Shown one piece after another: positions 27,128-36,290 of a stretch of DNA of 43,689 nt (positions within the stretch are counted from its first letter, which is position 1; each line of letters starts with the position of its first letter). Under the pieces are notes generated by a model, which saw nothing but the letters and a program-made list of their open reading frames with translations, did not search any database and was not told the origin of the DNA. The position numbers and the translations under genes are program-made. Source of the DNA: Bdellovibrionota bacterium (GTDB lineage Bacteria; Bdellovibrionota; Bdellovibrionia; Bdellovibrionales; JAEYZS01); NCBI GenBank assembly GCA_963169515.1, contig CAUJEF010000039.1:1-43689 (forward strand), in the 5' to 3' direction.

Positions 27128-27444
27128 ATTAATATATCCCCAGCATTTACTTGGCCCCCCACTGAACAGCGAATCTCGGCTATTATGCCATCTCGCTCAG
27201 CCTTTAGGGTGTATTCCATTTTCATGGCTTCCATGACTACCAAAACTTGTCCTTTTGACACCCTGTCATCGGGTTTTACCAACACATCGGTAATTTTTCC
27301 GGGCATAGGCGCGGCAATGTCCCTCTTATCAGCTTCCCCAGCACTCGTTTTTCGTTTTTTTGAACCACTAGTTTCATAAACAAAAGTTTTACCATTAATA
27401 TGCACCCAAAGTCTTTGACCAACCATTTCTGCAAACGGTTTCAT
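27115..27444 (-). CDS. Biotin carboxyl carrier subunit of methylcrotonyl-CoA carboxylase
   Basis: APMPG and EAMKME biotinylation motif. ATGA overlap with the biotin carboxylase stop. Confidence 0.88.
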   Translation of the reverse strand: MKPFAEMVGQRLWVHINGKTFVYETSGSKKRKTSAGEADKRDIAAPMPGKITDVLVKPDDRVSKGQVLVVMEAMKMEYTLKAERDGIIAEIRCSVGGQVNAGDILICLR

Positions 27445-28910
27445 ACGTTTCTCCAGAAATGGCCCCACGGCGACGCCGCCGATCCTATTTCCGCTATCGC
27501 AGAGGGTGACGTCATAGTTTGCAGCATCTTTTCAGAAAAGATTTTTTCTTCTTCTGTTAATTCTATCGCAGGAAGGGGCTCTGAAAAATACTTTTCAATA
27601 AATTGTGTCGTCATTTGCCCAGATCGAAATTCAAAGTGGTTCAATATTTCCTTTAGAAATGGAATGTTGGTATAGACACCAAAAATGACTGTTTCATCCA
27701 ATGTTCTTAACATCTTTTCGATACATCGGTCTCGATTTTCGTCCCAAACAATAACCTTTGCGATCATTGAATCATAGTAAGAGGTGATTTCATCCCCCCT
27801 TTCAAATCCGAAATCAAATCTGCGCCCAGGCCCCTCAGGGAAAATACACGTTCCGAGCACTCCTGTTGATGGAGCCCCCCCCACATATGGATTTTCCGCG
27901 TAAATACGACATTCGATTGCGTGTCCCCGTGGAATTATATTTTTCTGTATCCAAGTAAGCGGTTTTTTCTGTGCCGTCCGGATCTGTGCCTTTACCAAAT
28001 CAACATTTAAAATGCTCTCCGTCACGGGATGCTCTACCTGTAACCGTGTATTCATTTCCATAAAATAATATTTATTGTCATAAAATAAAAATTCTACCGT
28101 TCCCGCCCCTCGGTATTGAACAGCCGTCGCCGCTCGAACGGCAGCTTCGGACATTTGATTTCGAATTTCGTCGTTTAAGCTTGGCGACTGCGCTTCTTCA
28201 ATTATTTTTTGGTGCCGTCTTTGAACTGAACACTCTCGTTCAAACAGATGAAATATGCGGCCTGTGCAGTCACCAAAGATCTGAAACTCGATGTGCTTCG
28301 CCCCTTCGATATATTTTTCCAAAAAAATACGTTCTGAACCAAATGCGGCGTTCGCTTCGCGCTTGGCAGATTCAATCATAGAGGCAAACTCTTTTTCGGA
28401 TCTAATGATTTTTATTCCTCGTCCACCGCCACCATTTGCAGCCTTTGAAATAACGGGAAAGCTAATTTTTTTTGCTTCATTCAATAGCGTTTCGTTTTTC
28501 TGATCCTCGCCCTGATACCCAGGAACAACCGGAACGCCTGCTTTTTGCATTAAAGCACGTGCGGAAACTTTGTCACCCATCGCACGGATAGAGTGAGGGC
28601 TTGGGCCAATGAACTCTAAATTATTTTTTAAACATAACTCTGCAAATTCCGCGTTTTCAGATAAAAATCCAAATCCCGGATGAATCGCATTTGCCCCTGA
28701 GGCAATAGCCCCCCGAATAACACTTTCCACATTGAGGTAGCTGTCTTTGACATTCGCCGGTCCAATGCAGACCTGTTCGTCACTCATCCGGTAGGCTCGG
28801 GATCTCATATCGCATTCCGAATGAAGCAGTACCGATTGAATTCCAAGCTCACGACAGGCTTGAATGATTCGAACCGCCACTTCACCGCGATTTGCAATAG
28901 CCACTTTCAT
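27441..28910 (-). CDS. Biotin carboxylase (methylcrotonyl-CoA carboxylase alpha, lacking a fused BCCP)
   Basis: IANRGE, HPGFGFLSEN, GGGGRG, CSVQRRHQK and EMNTRLQVEH motifs. Confidence 0.93.
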   Translation of the reverse strand: MKVAIANRGEVAVRIIQACRELGIQSVLLHSECDMRSRAYRMSDEQVCIGPANVKDSYLNVESVIRGAIASGANAIHPGFGFLSENAEFAELCLKNNLEFIGPSPHSIRAMGDKVSARALMQKAGVPVVPGYQGEDQKNETLLNEAKKISFPVISKAANGGGGRGIKIIRSEKEFASMIESAKREANAAFGSERIFLEKYIEGAKHIEFQIFGDCTGRIFHLFERECSVQRRHQKIIEEAQSPSLNDEIRNQMSEAAVRAATAVQYRGAGTVEFLFYDNKYYFMEMNTRLQVEHPVTESILNVDLVKAQIRTAQKKPLTWIQKNIIPRGHAIECRIYAENPYVGGAPSTGVLGTCIFPEGPGRRFDFGFERGDEITSYYDSMIAKVIVWDENRDRCIEKMLRTLDETVIFGVYTNIPFLKEILNHFEFRSGQMTTQFIEKYFSEPLPAIELTEEEKIFSEKMLQTMTSPSAIAEIGSAASPWGHFWRNV

Positions 28911-28925
28911 TTTTATTTTGCGCCC

Positions 28926-29705
28926 CTACAGCCAATTCGGCTTTCTTTTTTCAAGAAATGCTTTGAGTCCCTCTTGCCCTTCAGGGCTGACTCTCCGCTC
29001 AGAAATTGCTTTTACAGCATATTCTTTGGCCTGAGCCCAGTCCATACCTTCAAGGTCATTCAAAAGTTTTTTAGTTAAGCGAACAGCCTCTTGGCCAGAG
29101 CTTTGAATGGACTTAATTTTATTATCTATTTCAGAGTAAAGATCTTTTAATTCCCCAGATTGATGAATTAACCCCATGTCTTGGGCCTTATGAACACCGA
29201 ACAGATCTCCTGTCAGCATAAACTCTCGCAAAAAAGTACTCGAAACTTTACGCTTTACAAATGGACTGATCACGGCGGGTATTAAGCCGAGCTTCACTTC
29301 GCTAAAAGAAAATCTGGTGTCTTTTTCAGCATAAACAATGTCACATGCGGCAACCATACCCAGCCCCCCACCAAAAACATTTCCATGGACAAGGCCCATC
29401 AGTGGCACCGGACAACGAGCCATAACGTCAAACATATTAAAAAGCTCTTTGGCATCCTTCAGATTTTCTTCGAATGAAAATTTCACCATGGACTTCATCC
29501 AATTCAAATCACCGCCGGCGCTAAAACTCGGGCCTTCGCCCCGAAGAACGACGCACACGTATTGTTCCAAATCTTTCGTGTCCGAAAAGACAGCCGTCAG
29601 TTCTTGAACCATTTCTGGATTAAACGCATTGTGCACATCCGGACGATTTAATTTTATATGTAAAGATTTGTTATCTGGTTTCAAAATAAGAGTACTCATG
29701 GTCAC
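28926..29705 (-). CDS. liuC: Enoyl-CoA hydratase family, methylglutaconyl-CoA hydratase
   Basis: [22 protein letters not shown] and [10 protein letters not shown] motifs; operon context. Confidence 0.87.
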   Translation of the reverse strand: MTMSTLILKPDNKSLHIKLNRPDVHNAFNPEMVQELTAVFSDTKDLEQYVCVVLRGEGPSFSAGGDLNWMKSMVKFSFEENLKDAKELFNMFDVMARCPVPLMGLVHGNVFGGGLGMVAACDIVYAEKDTRFSFSEVKLGLIPAVISPFVKRKVSSTFLREFMLTGDLFGVHKAQDMGLIHQSGELKDLYSEIDNKIKSIQSSGQEAVRLTKKLLNDLEGMDWAQAKEYAVKAISERRVSPEGQEGLKAFLEKRKPNWL

Positions 29706-31330
29706 ATCCTATAGTTATTTGTCGCAATTTGCGGCCACATTTGATTGAGGCTTGCCGAAATCCCCAGAGCCAAAACTTTTCTTGTATCCGCTGGATCAAT
29801 AATTCCATCGTCCCAAAGGCGGGCTGTCGAAAAATATGCTGAGCTCTCTATTTCGTATTTTTTTAATGTTGGATCCTTGAATTTTGCTTGCTCTTCTGGT
29901 GACATTTTTTTTCCCTCTTCGGCAAGTTGATCCAGCTTTACCGTTAACAAGACATTTGCCGCCTGCGCCCCACCCATGACAGAAATTTTTGCGTTCGGCC
30001 ACATCCACAATTGCCTCGGCTGATAGGCGCGACCACACATTCCATAATTTCCAGCCCCGTACGAACCGCCAATAACAACTGTAAATTTTGGAACATTGGC
30101 GTTGCTTACGGCCGTCACCATTTTTGCGCCGTCTTTAGCAATTCCCTCATTTTCATATTTTTTACCAACCATAAAGCCCACAATGTTTTGTAAAAATACA
30201 AGAGGAATCTGTCTTTGAACACAGAGTTCGATGAAGTGTGTTACCTTTAGCGCACTTTCACTAAACAGAACTCCGTTATTTGCAATTACGCCAACTGGGT
30301 ATCCCCAAATATGTCCCCAGCCCGTAACGACTGTTTTTGCGTATAGTTCTTTAAATTCATGGAACCGACTGCCATCTAAAATGCGCGCAATGACTTCCCG
30401 AACATCAAACTGCTTGCGACTGTCCGGCGGAATAATTCCGTACATTTCTTTCGGGTCAAATAATGGCTCGATTGGGGTAATTTGATTTAATTGATTCGCT
30501 TTTTTTTTGTTCAGGTGAAACACGATGCTTCGGCAAATTTCAAGCGCGTGTTCGTCGTCTTCCGCTATATGATCGGTGACTCCACTCTTTTCGCTATGAA
30601 CCAAAGCGCCACCCAAGCTCTGTGCATCCACAACCTCGCCGGTAGCCGCCTTAACAAGCGGGGGGCCTCCTAAAAAAATTGTACCATTACCTTTAACAAT
30701 AATATTTTCGTCGGACATCGACGGGACATATGCGCCACCCGCAGTACAGCTTCCCATAACAACAGAAATTTGAGCAATTCCGGCCGCAGACATCCTCGCT
30801 TGGTTATAAAAAATACGTCCAAAATGATCTCGATCTGGAAAAACTTCACTTTGTAGCGGTAAAAAAGCTCCACCACTATCCACCAAATAAATACACGGCA
30901 GACCATTTTCCATCGCGATTTCTTGTGCTCGTAAATGTTTTTTTACCGTCATTGGGAAATAGGTCCCACCTTTTACAGTGGCGTCGTTCGACACAATTAT
31001 GCATTCTTGATTGTGAATAACGCCTATCCCCGTGACTATACCCGCCGCTGGAGCCTCGGAATTATACATTTCCCAGGCGGCGAGCGATGAAAATTCTAAA
31101 AAACTGGACTGGGGATCTATTAGCTTTTCAATGCGCTCACGCGCTGTTAGCTTTCCGCGGGATTTGTGTCGCTCAATTGCCTTTTCTCCTCCGCCTTTTT
31201 TGACTAATTCAACCCTTTCGCGCCACTGGGACAATTGCGACAACATCCACTCCTGATTTTCTTGGAAATCTTTAGAGTCTTTAGAAATTTTAGATCCTAT
31301 TTGAAACATATTTTTTTTCCGAATAGCCAT
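29702..31330 (-). CDS. liuB: Methylcrotonyl-CoA carboxylase carboxyltransferase (beta) subunit
   Basis: [34 protein letters not shown] and ARLWDDG motifs. The start may be the ATG at 31309. Confidence 0.93.
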   Translation of the reverse strand: MAIRKKNMFQIGSKISKDSKDFQENQEWMLSQLSQWRERVELVKKGGGEKAIERHKSRGKLTARERIEKLIDPQSSFLEFSSLAAWEMYNSEAPAAGIVTGIGVIHNQECIIVSNDATVKGGTYFPMTVKKHLRAQEIAMENGLPCIYLVDSGGAFLPLQSEVFPDRDHFGRIFYNQARMSAAGIAQISVVMGSCTAGGAYVPSMSDENIIVKGNGTIFLGGPPLVKAATGEVVDAQSLGGALVHSEKSGVTDHIAEDDEHALEICRSIVFHLNKKKANQLNQITPIEPLFDPKEMYGIIPPDSRKQFDVREVIARILDGSRFHEFKELYAKTVVTGWGHIWGYPVGVIANNGVLFSESALKVTHFIELCVQRQIPLVFLQNIVGFMVGKKYENEGIAKDGAKMVTAVSNANVPKFTVVIGGSYGAGNYGMCGRAYQPRQLWMWPNAKISVMGGAQAANVLLTVKLDQLAEEGKKMSPEEQAKFKDPTLKKYEIESSAYFSTARLWDDGIIDPADTRKVLALGISASLNQMWPQIATNNYRM

Positions 31331-31422
31331 TAGCCAATTGCACGGACGAGCTTTAATTATTATTAGAAGGACTTTACAGAAAATCCAACAAATGTTATGT
31401 CCCCACCTAGGCAGGGCGTGTC

Positions 31423-32238
31423 ATGCAAGTTTCAGTTCCATACGGCAAAGGTCGAATTACTCATATCTGTGTTGAAACAAGCGCAAAGCTCAGCACTTTG
31501 CTCCGCGACGGCCTTTCAATCGATGAAAATACTGCACAATTTTTACTTAAAATTGGTGCTGTTTACACGAACTTTAAACGAACCACGACAGACATTGATG
31601 TTTTTCCACAGACTGTGCTTCGGGTGCACCAAAATCCCTTGCGATTTGACATAAAACACGATTGGAAAGCGCGCCTTATCCATGAGGCTTCGGATTTTAT
31701 AGTTGTTAATAAACCACAGGGCCTTCCGACGCACGCGACTCTGGATAACTCAGTTGAAAACCTACACTACCAATTTCAAACCCATATGAATATTCCACTT
31801 TTTGTAACCCACAGGTTAGATATTTTAACAAGTGGACTTATCGTACTCGCAAAGACACGTGCTTTTCAGAAAGCTTTCAATTCACTATTACAAAAAAGAG
31901 AAATTAAAAAGTTTTACACGGCTAAGACCGAATCTTTTCCAGAACCCGGGCACTATGTCCATTACATGGAGCCGTCCGATTACTCTCCGAAAAAAATCTC
32001 TGATTTGGCTTTAGCGGGATGGCTAAAGTGTGAGCTCCTTGCCCTGCCCGACGGCCGCATACAGCTTTTGACGGGGAGGACTCACCAAATTCGCGCGCAA
32101 TTGGCCCATATGGGTTTTCCTATTGTAGGTGATCCAATTTATTCAAAGACAGTAGATCAATTTGAATTAATCTGCATGGGGCTAGAATTTGATTGTCCTT
32201 TGACTCAAAAGCAATATTCATTCAGTATTGACACATGA
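31423..32238 (+). CDS. RluA-family pseudouridine synthase
   Basis: VNKPQG, HRLD (catalytic Asp), TGRTHQIR and GDPIY motifs; S4-like N-terminus. Confidence 0.9.
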   Translation: MQVSVPYGKGRITHICVETSAKLSTLLRDGLSIDENTAQFLLKIGAVYTNFKRTTTDIDVFPQTVLRVHQNPLRFDIKHDWKARLIHEASDFIVVNKPQGLPTHATLDNSVENLHYQFQTHMNIPLFVTHRLDILTSGLIVLAKTRAFQKAFNSLLQKREIKKFYTAKTESFPEPGHYVHYMEPSDYSPKKISDLALAGWLKCELLALPDGRIQLLTGRTHQIRAQLAHMGFPIVGDPIYSKTVDQFELICMGLEFDCPLTQKQYSFSIDT

Positions 32239-32660
32239 AATACATCAGCCTAATTCTTCTCATTCTTATTATTTTTGCGACCCAATATTTGGTCAGCAGC
32301 CCCGGCACCGTTTCTTTGGAAACACACAATAATATGCAAATGGAAATCCGCGATATTATCCAAAAGGCTCTGCAAGACAACATTCCGACAATTCAAGAAT
32401 TTAAGCTTTTAAACGTCTTGTCCGAAGCAATCGACGACAACAACGTAAAAGTGAATTTCATTTATAGCTACAAAATTGCTGACGCCACCCAAGGAAACAG
32501 TAAAACTGAAAACTCTGGCTTTGTGATGTTAAAACGAATCGAAAAAAATCAATGGTCTTTTGAGACCGCTCAAATCGAAGATCAAAAAATTGAATTCTCA
32601 GACCCAATTATTATTTCGCCTGAAACCGTGCCTACCGATGAAGTTCCTGCAGATCGATGA
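32235..32660 (+). CDS. Hypothetical protein with an N-terminal membrane anchor
   Basis: ATGA coupling to rluA and an N-terminal hydrophobic segment. Confidence 0.65.
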   Translation: MKYISLILLILIIFATQYLVSSPGTVSLETHNNMQMEIRDIIQKALQDNIPTIQEFKLLNVLSEAIDDNNVKVNFIYSYKIADATQGNSKTENSGFVMLKRIEKNQWSFETAQIEDQKIEFSDPIIISPETVPTDEVPADR

Positions 32661-33657
32661 AGAGGGCTTCCCGTCGCTAAACGGTCTTCGCGTAAACCGC
32701 GAATATGGAAGCGAGCTCCTAAAAAACATTTCAAGGCTTGACGAGAATGGGAAAATTTTCTGCATTCGAAAGCCCGATGAAAAAATTTATATAGAAGCAT
32801 TCGATCAACCATATGTTGCGCAATCCATAGAAAGAATGGATGGGAAATTTCAGATTCGCATACCTTTTGATATTGCATTTGAATTTTCACTTGATTCACT
32901 CTGCCTCGACGAATGGGATCGCTTTCATGGTTTTACTGCGGCGGGAATTCCATTTGTGTTTTCAAGAAAAGCGCAGGCTGCTTTTTTTGATCTTTTGGAC
33001 GAGTTTGACGATACAAGTATTACGGTAAATTCCATGAAGTTTGAAGTCCCCAATCTGTTTTCCAAACCGCAAGCTATCGAAAAAAGCAAGTTTTGGAATG
33101 AAATGTATGACGCTCAGAACACACCCTGGGATAGAGGCCCTCACCCTTCATTAAAGTATATATTACCGCAATTGAAAATTCCCAAATCTCGCGTTCTTGT
33201 TCTTGGGTGTGGTTACGGCCATGATGCTGCATTCTTAGCTCAAAATGGCCATTTTGTAACTGGCATAGATTTTAGTGACGAGGCCATCGACCACGCACGT
33301 AGAAAATATGGCAGTATTCCAAATTTAAAATTTGAAAAGCATGATCTCTTCAACCTTCCTAATTCCTACCTCAACTCGTTTGACATTATGTTTGAACACA
33401 CCTGCTACTGCGCAATAGACCCTGGTATGCGTAGCGAAATTGTTAAGATATGGAGGAATTGCCTCGCTGACCAGGGCCATTTACTTGGTATTTTCTTTGT
33501 TCACAATTCCTATTCTGGAATTCCTTATGGTGGAACCGAATGGGAGTTACGCGAAAGGCTCAAATCTCGATTTTTATTTTTATTTTGGACCCGCTGGCAT
33601 GGCGAAACAACGCGAGCTCCCACACAAGAACTAATCATTTACGCAAAACGCAGATAA
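32638..33657 (+). CDS. Class I SAM methyltransferase (TPMT/halide-thiol type) with an extra N-terminal domain
   Basis: FW..MY...TPWD, VLVLGCGYGHDA, GIDFS and FEHTCYCAI motifs. About 140 unassigned N-terminal residues; ATG at 32638. Confidence 0.82.
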   Translation: MKFLQIDEEGFPSLNGLRVNREYGSELLKNISRLDENGKIFCIRKPDEKIYIEAFDQPYVAQSIERMDGKFQIRIPFDIAFEFSLDSLCLDEWDRFHGFTAAGIPFVFSRKAQAAFFDLLDEFDDTSITVNSMKFEVPNLFSKPQAIEKSKFWNEMYDAQNTPWDRGPHPSLKYILPQLKIPKSRVLVLGCGYGHDAAFLAQNGHFVTGIDFSDEAIDHARRKYGSIPNLKFEKHDLFNLPNSYLNSFDIMFEHTCYCAIDPGMRSEIVKIWRNCLADQGHLLGIFFVHNSYSGIPYGGTEWELRERLKSRFLFLFWTRWHGETTRAPTQELIIYAKRR

Positions 33658-33687
33658 TTGTTACCGTTAAGTATCGGGGGGATTTCA

Positions 33688-34578
33688 ATGAAAAGGCTAT
33701 ACGTATTTCTTTTTTTGTTTCTCGTTTGCAGCCCTATTTTTGCTGCTCCAAATTTAACCCAATGGTGTTTCAACGAAGAATCCAAATTTGAGGCCCGAAC
33801 TATCCAATGGAAATATTGTATATTTTTGACCGAGGGAAGTAAAAATTCAGACGTTATTTATCATTTTCATGGGCTCGGCCGTGAAAATATCGAAACCGGA
33901 GGATGGTCCGCCATCTCTGGACACTATGGATTAGCTGTTAGAGAGCTTTGGGCAAAGGCGAATTTTGATCCACCAACAGTCGTTTCGATTTCATTTGGAG
34001 AGCTTTGGCTATTGGCAGAAAAAAATAGTAGTGCCGTCAGCGGTCTCTATGATTTTTTGGTTAGCATTGTAATTCCCAAAATAGAAAAAAATATTAATTC
34101 AAACATAGGCTTAATCGGCAAGCGACACCTGATAGGCGAATCAATGGGCGGGTTCAATGTAAGCCAGATGGTTATTAAAAAACCAAGCCTATTTACAAAA
34201 GCAGCCATGATTTGTCCGGCAATTGCCAACCTGTCCCCTTTTGCGACCGAGCCACAAATAGCTGCCTACATTGCGCGAACCGGTGCGAATGTCGATCGCG
34301 TTGATGGAATGATTTTGATGAGCCGTTATTTTTTCCCTACGCCAGAGGACTGGATGAAGCACTCGCCACTTGATCTTGCAAAAGAAAAGTTAGGCGTCGA
34401 CAGCCCGCAGCTATATGTGAGCTGCGGAGATAAAGACGAATATGGATTTCAAGAGGGCGCAAGCCTATTTGCTCAAATCGGCATCGAAAAAAATATAAAT
34501 GTGACTTGGGTCCCTATTTCAGGAGGACTTCACTGCTCGGTCGATCCAACGTCTGTGGCGCGATTTTTTAGCAATTAA
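33688..34578 (+). CDS. Secreted esterase (alpha/beta hydrolase)
   Basis: Signal peptide from the ATG at 33688. FHGLG, GESMGG, CGDKD and GGLH give a catalytic-triad pattern. Confidence 0.8.
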   Translation: MKRLYVFLFLFLVCSPIFAAPNLTQWCFNEESKFEARTIQWKYCIFLTEGSKNSDVIYHFHGLGRENIETGGWSAISGHYGLAVRELWAKANFDPPTVVSISFGELWLLAEKNSSAVSGLYDFLVSIVIPKIEKNINSNIGLIGKRHLIGESMGGFNVSQMVIKKPSLFTKAAMICPAIANLSPFATEPQIAAYIARTGANVDRVDGMILMSRYFFPTPEDWMKHSPLDLAKEKLGVDSPQLYVSCGDKDEYGFQEGASLFAQIGIEKNINVTWVPISGGLHCSVDPTSVARFFSN

Positions 34579-34594
34579 CCTAAACCGTTGACCT

Positions 34595-34628
34595 AAAAAA
34601 GATGGGGCCTACCCTTCGGCAAGCCCCA
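34595..34628 (-). terminator. Intrinsic terminator downstream of rnpB
   Basis: The minus strand reads TGGGGCTTGCC-GAAG-GGTAGGCCCCA followed by TCTTTTTT. Confidence 0.75.
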
Positions 34629-34660
34629 CAATGCGCGCCTGGCACGCAAGACCGATTAAC

Positions 34661-35012
34661 TGGTTTTTCGTAAGCCGGATTCTGTCTTGGAAGTCAATTT
34701 CGATCAAAATCAACTGCCGAGATAATCATTCCTCTGGGATGAATATTACTATTCACCTCATGCGATCTTACCCGAGAGTATCGTGCGGGCCGCACACTCT
34801 CCTATTTGATCTTGCTCCACGCTGAGTTTGGCTGTTTTCACTCCAGCGGCTCCCCTGAAGGCTCCCGTTCCCGCCTTCAAGATCAATGCCCTGGACATTC
34901 TTTCTGTTCCACTGTTCCTCACCTTGCGGCGGAGGGGCGTTACCCCCAGTGTTGCCCTATTGGAGTCCGGACTTTCCTCTTTAGTTTCCTAAAGCGATCA
35001 TCTAAAAAACCA
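34661..35012 (-). ncRNA. rnpB: RNase P RNA (bacterial)
   Basis: The minus strand has GAGGAAAGTCC (34979-34969) and GACAGAATCCGGCTTAC (34686-34670). The termini TGGTTTTT/AAAAACCA pair as P1. Length about 350 nt. Confidence 0.93.
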
Positions 35013-35133
35013 CTGACAAATTACACCGGAAGTCTTCAAAGGTCATCTTGACTAAATAAAAAATTTTTGCTTCCCAAATAGCTAAAATCCCTTGTGTTTT
35101 CAGCCTAGCCATTGGTCTGGCGCTCTTAAACAC

Positions 35134-35160
35134 TTAATTTTTCAAGGATATTGCCGAATA
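35134..35160 (+). promoter_or_regulatory. Possible sigma28-like promoter upstream of a small ORF
   Basis: TTAA-N15-GCCGAATA, 10 nt before the ATG at 35171. Confidence 0.35.
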
Positions 35161-35170
35161 GGTCTCTAGA

Positions 35171-35260
35171 ATGAATCCGAGACAATTTGCAATTTTAGTT
35201 TTTCTCTTTATTGGAATGATTTTCGTATATCACCAAATTCAAGCAATGGTGAGTTGGTAA
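35171..35260 (+). CDS. Putative 29-aa single-TM small protein (MNPRQFAILVFLFIGMIFVYHQIQAMVSW)
   Basis: ATG...TAA ORF below the track's length cutoff, with a hydrophobic core. Its stop abuts the stop of the convergent RNase H-GNAT gene. Confidence 0.4.
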   Translation: MNPRQFAILVFLFIGMIFVYHQIQAMVSW

Positions 35261-36253
35261 TCAGATCTCTAAAGTCATCAAAACAATGTCCGTATATTGG
35301 CCATTGTATTTACTAGCATTTTTTTGAACTCCATCAATCCTAAACCCGAATTTTCTATAAAGCGAAATCGCAGCGATATTTGTTCCAAAAACAGATAAAT
35401 TGATTTGTTCAAAACCCTTTTCTTCTGCTTGCGCAATACACGCTTCCAAAAGTTGAGTGCCGACACCCTGTCCGCGAAATTCCTCTAATACCCCCATCCC
35501 CAACCATCCACGATGAGAGAATCTGGGTTCTCCCCCGCGAGTAATATCTGCCCAACCGACAACTCTATTTTTGGCTTTGGCGAGGATAAAAACACCGTTT
35601 GTTGTGATAACTTTTTTAAAAAAATCTAGGCTTTGCTCGCGTGGCGGAGATTTTACAAAACAAATATGGGTCTCTTCCCGTGCAACGGTATCTAAAACAT
35701 GCCGATATTCATCCAAATACTCTTCTTCCATATTAACAACTTCAACGTCAATCGCCTCTGGCTTAACGGTCAATGCTGGCGAACTCTCAAAATTAAATGT
35801 CGCCTGCTCTAGCTCCCCTTGGGACGCGCTCATTTTGAACTCCATCGGCTCTTTTCCCGTGTCCAATGCTTTGTTTGCAAGGCGATCGGCTTCTTTATTT
35901 TTTTCTCTGCGAATGTGTTCCAATTTTACGGCTTTAAATTTTTTTATAAGACTTTTTGCCTCATGAAACAGCGGCAAGATTGTAGCAGACTTTACTTTAT
36001 ATTCGCCCTTAAGTTGTTTAATCAAAAATTCACTGTCACTTTTCAGGTGTACATGAGTTACATCATTTTTCAGAGCCTTTCTTAACCCCTCAAGGACAGC
36101 AAAATATTCTGCAAAATTATTTGTTTGATCGCCTATTGCCTCACAAATGGTGTCGATTTCATCGCCCTTGCTGTTTGTAAAGACGACACCTATGGATGCA
36201 GGCCCCGGATTTCCACGACTTGCACCGTCGGTATACATAACAACACTTTTCAA
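35261..36253 (-). CDS. Ribonuclease HI fused to a C-terminal GNAT acetyltransferase
   Basis: RNase HI motifs YTDGASRGNPG, TNNFAEY, SDSE and REKNKEADRLAN. GNAT motifs LGMGVLEEFRGQGVG and NIAAISLYRKFGF. One continuous frame; start TTG 36253 or ATG 36283. Confidence 0.88.
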   Translation of the reverse strand: MKSVVMYTDGASRGNPGPASIGVVFTNSKGDEIDTICEAIGDQTNNFAEYFAVLEGLRKALKNDVTHVHLKSDSEFLIKQLKGEYKVKSATILPLFHEAKSLIKKFKAVKLEHIRREKNKEADRLANKALDTGKEPMEFKMSASQGELEQATFNFESSPALTVKPEAIDVEVVNMEEEYLDEYRHVLDTVAREETHICFVKSPPREQSLDFFKKVITTNGVFILAKAKNRVVGWADITRGGEPRFSHRGWLGMGVLEEFRGQGVGTQLLEACIAQAEEKGFEQINLSVFGTNIAAISLYRKFGFRIDGVQKNASKYNGQYTDIVLMTLEI

Positions 36254-36290
36254 CCATTTCCCCACCGTCAACTCCAGCCACATTTCAATA

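Noticed and set aside
34631..35051. ORFs 34631-34825 and 34806-35051 (+)
   Set aside because: They are antisense to the RNase P RNA gene, which fully explains the region.
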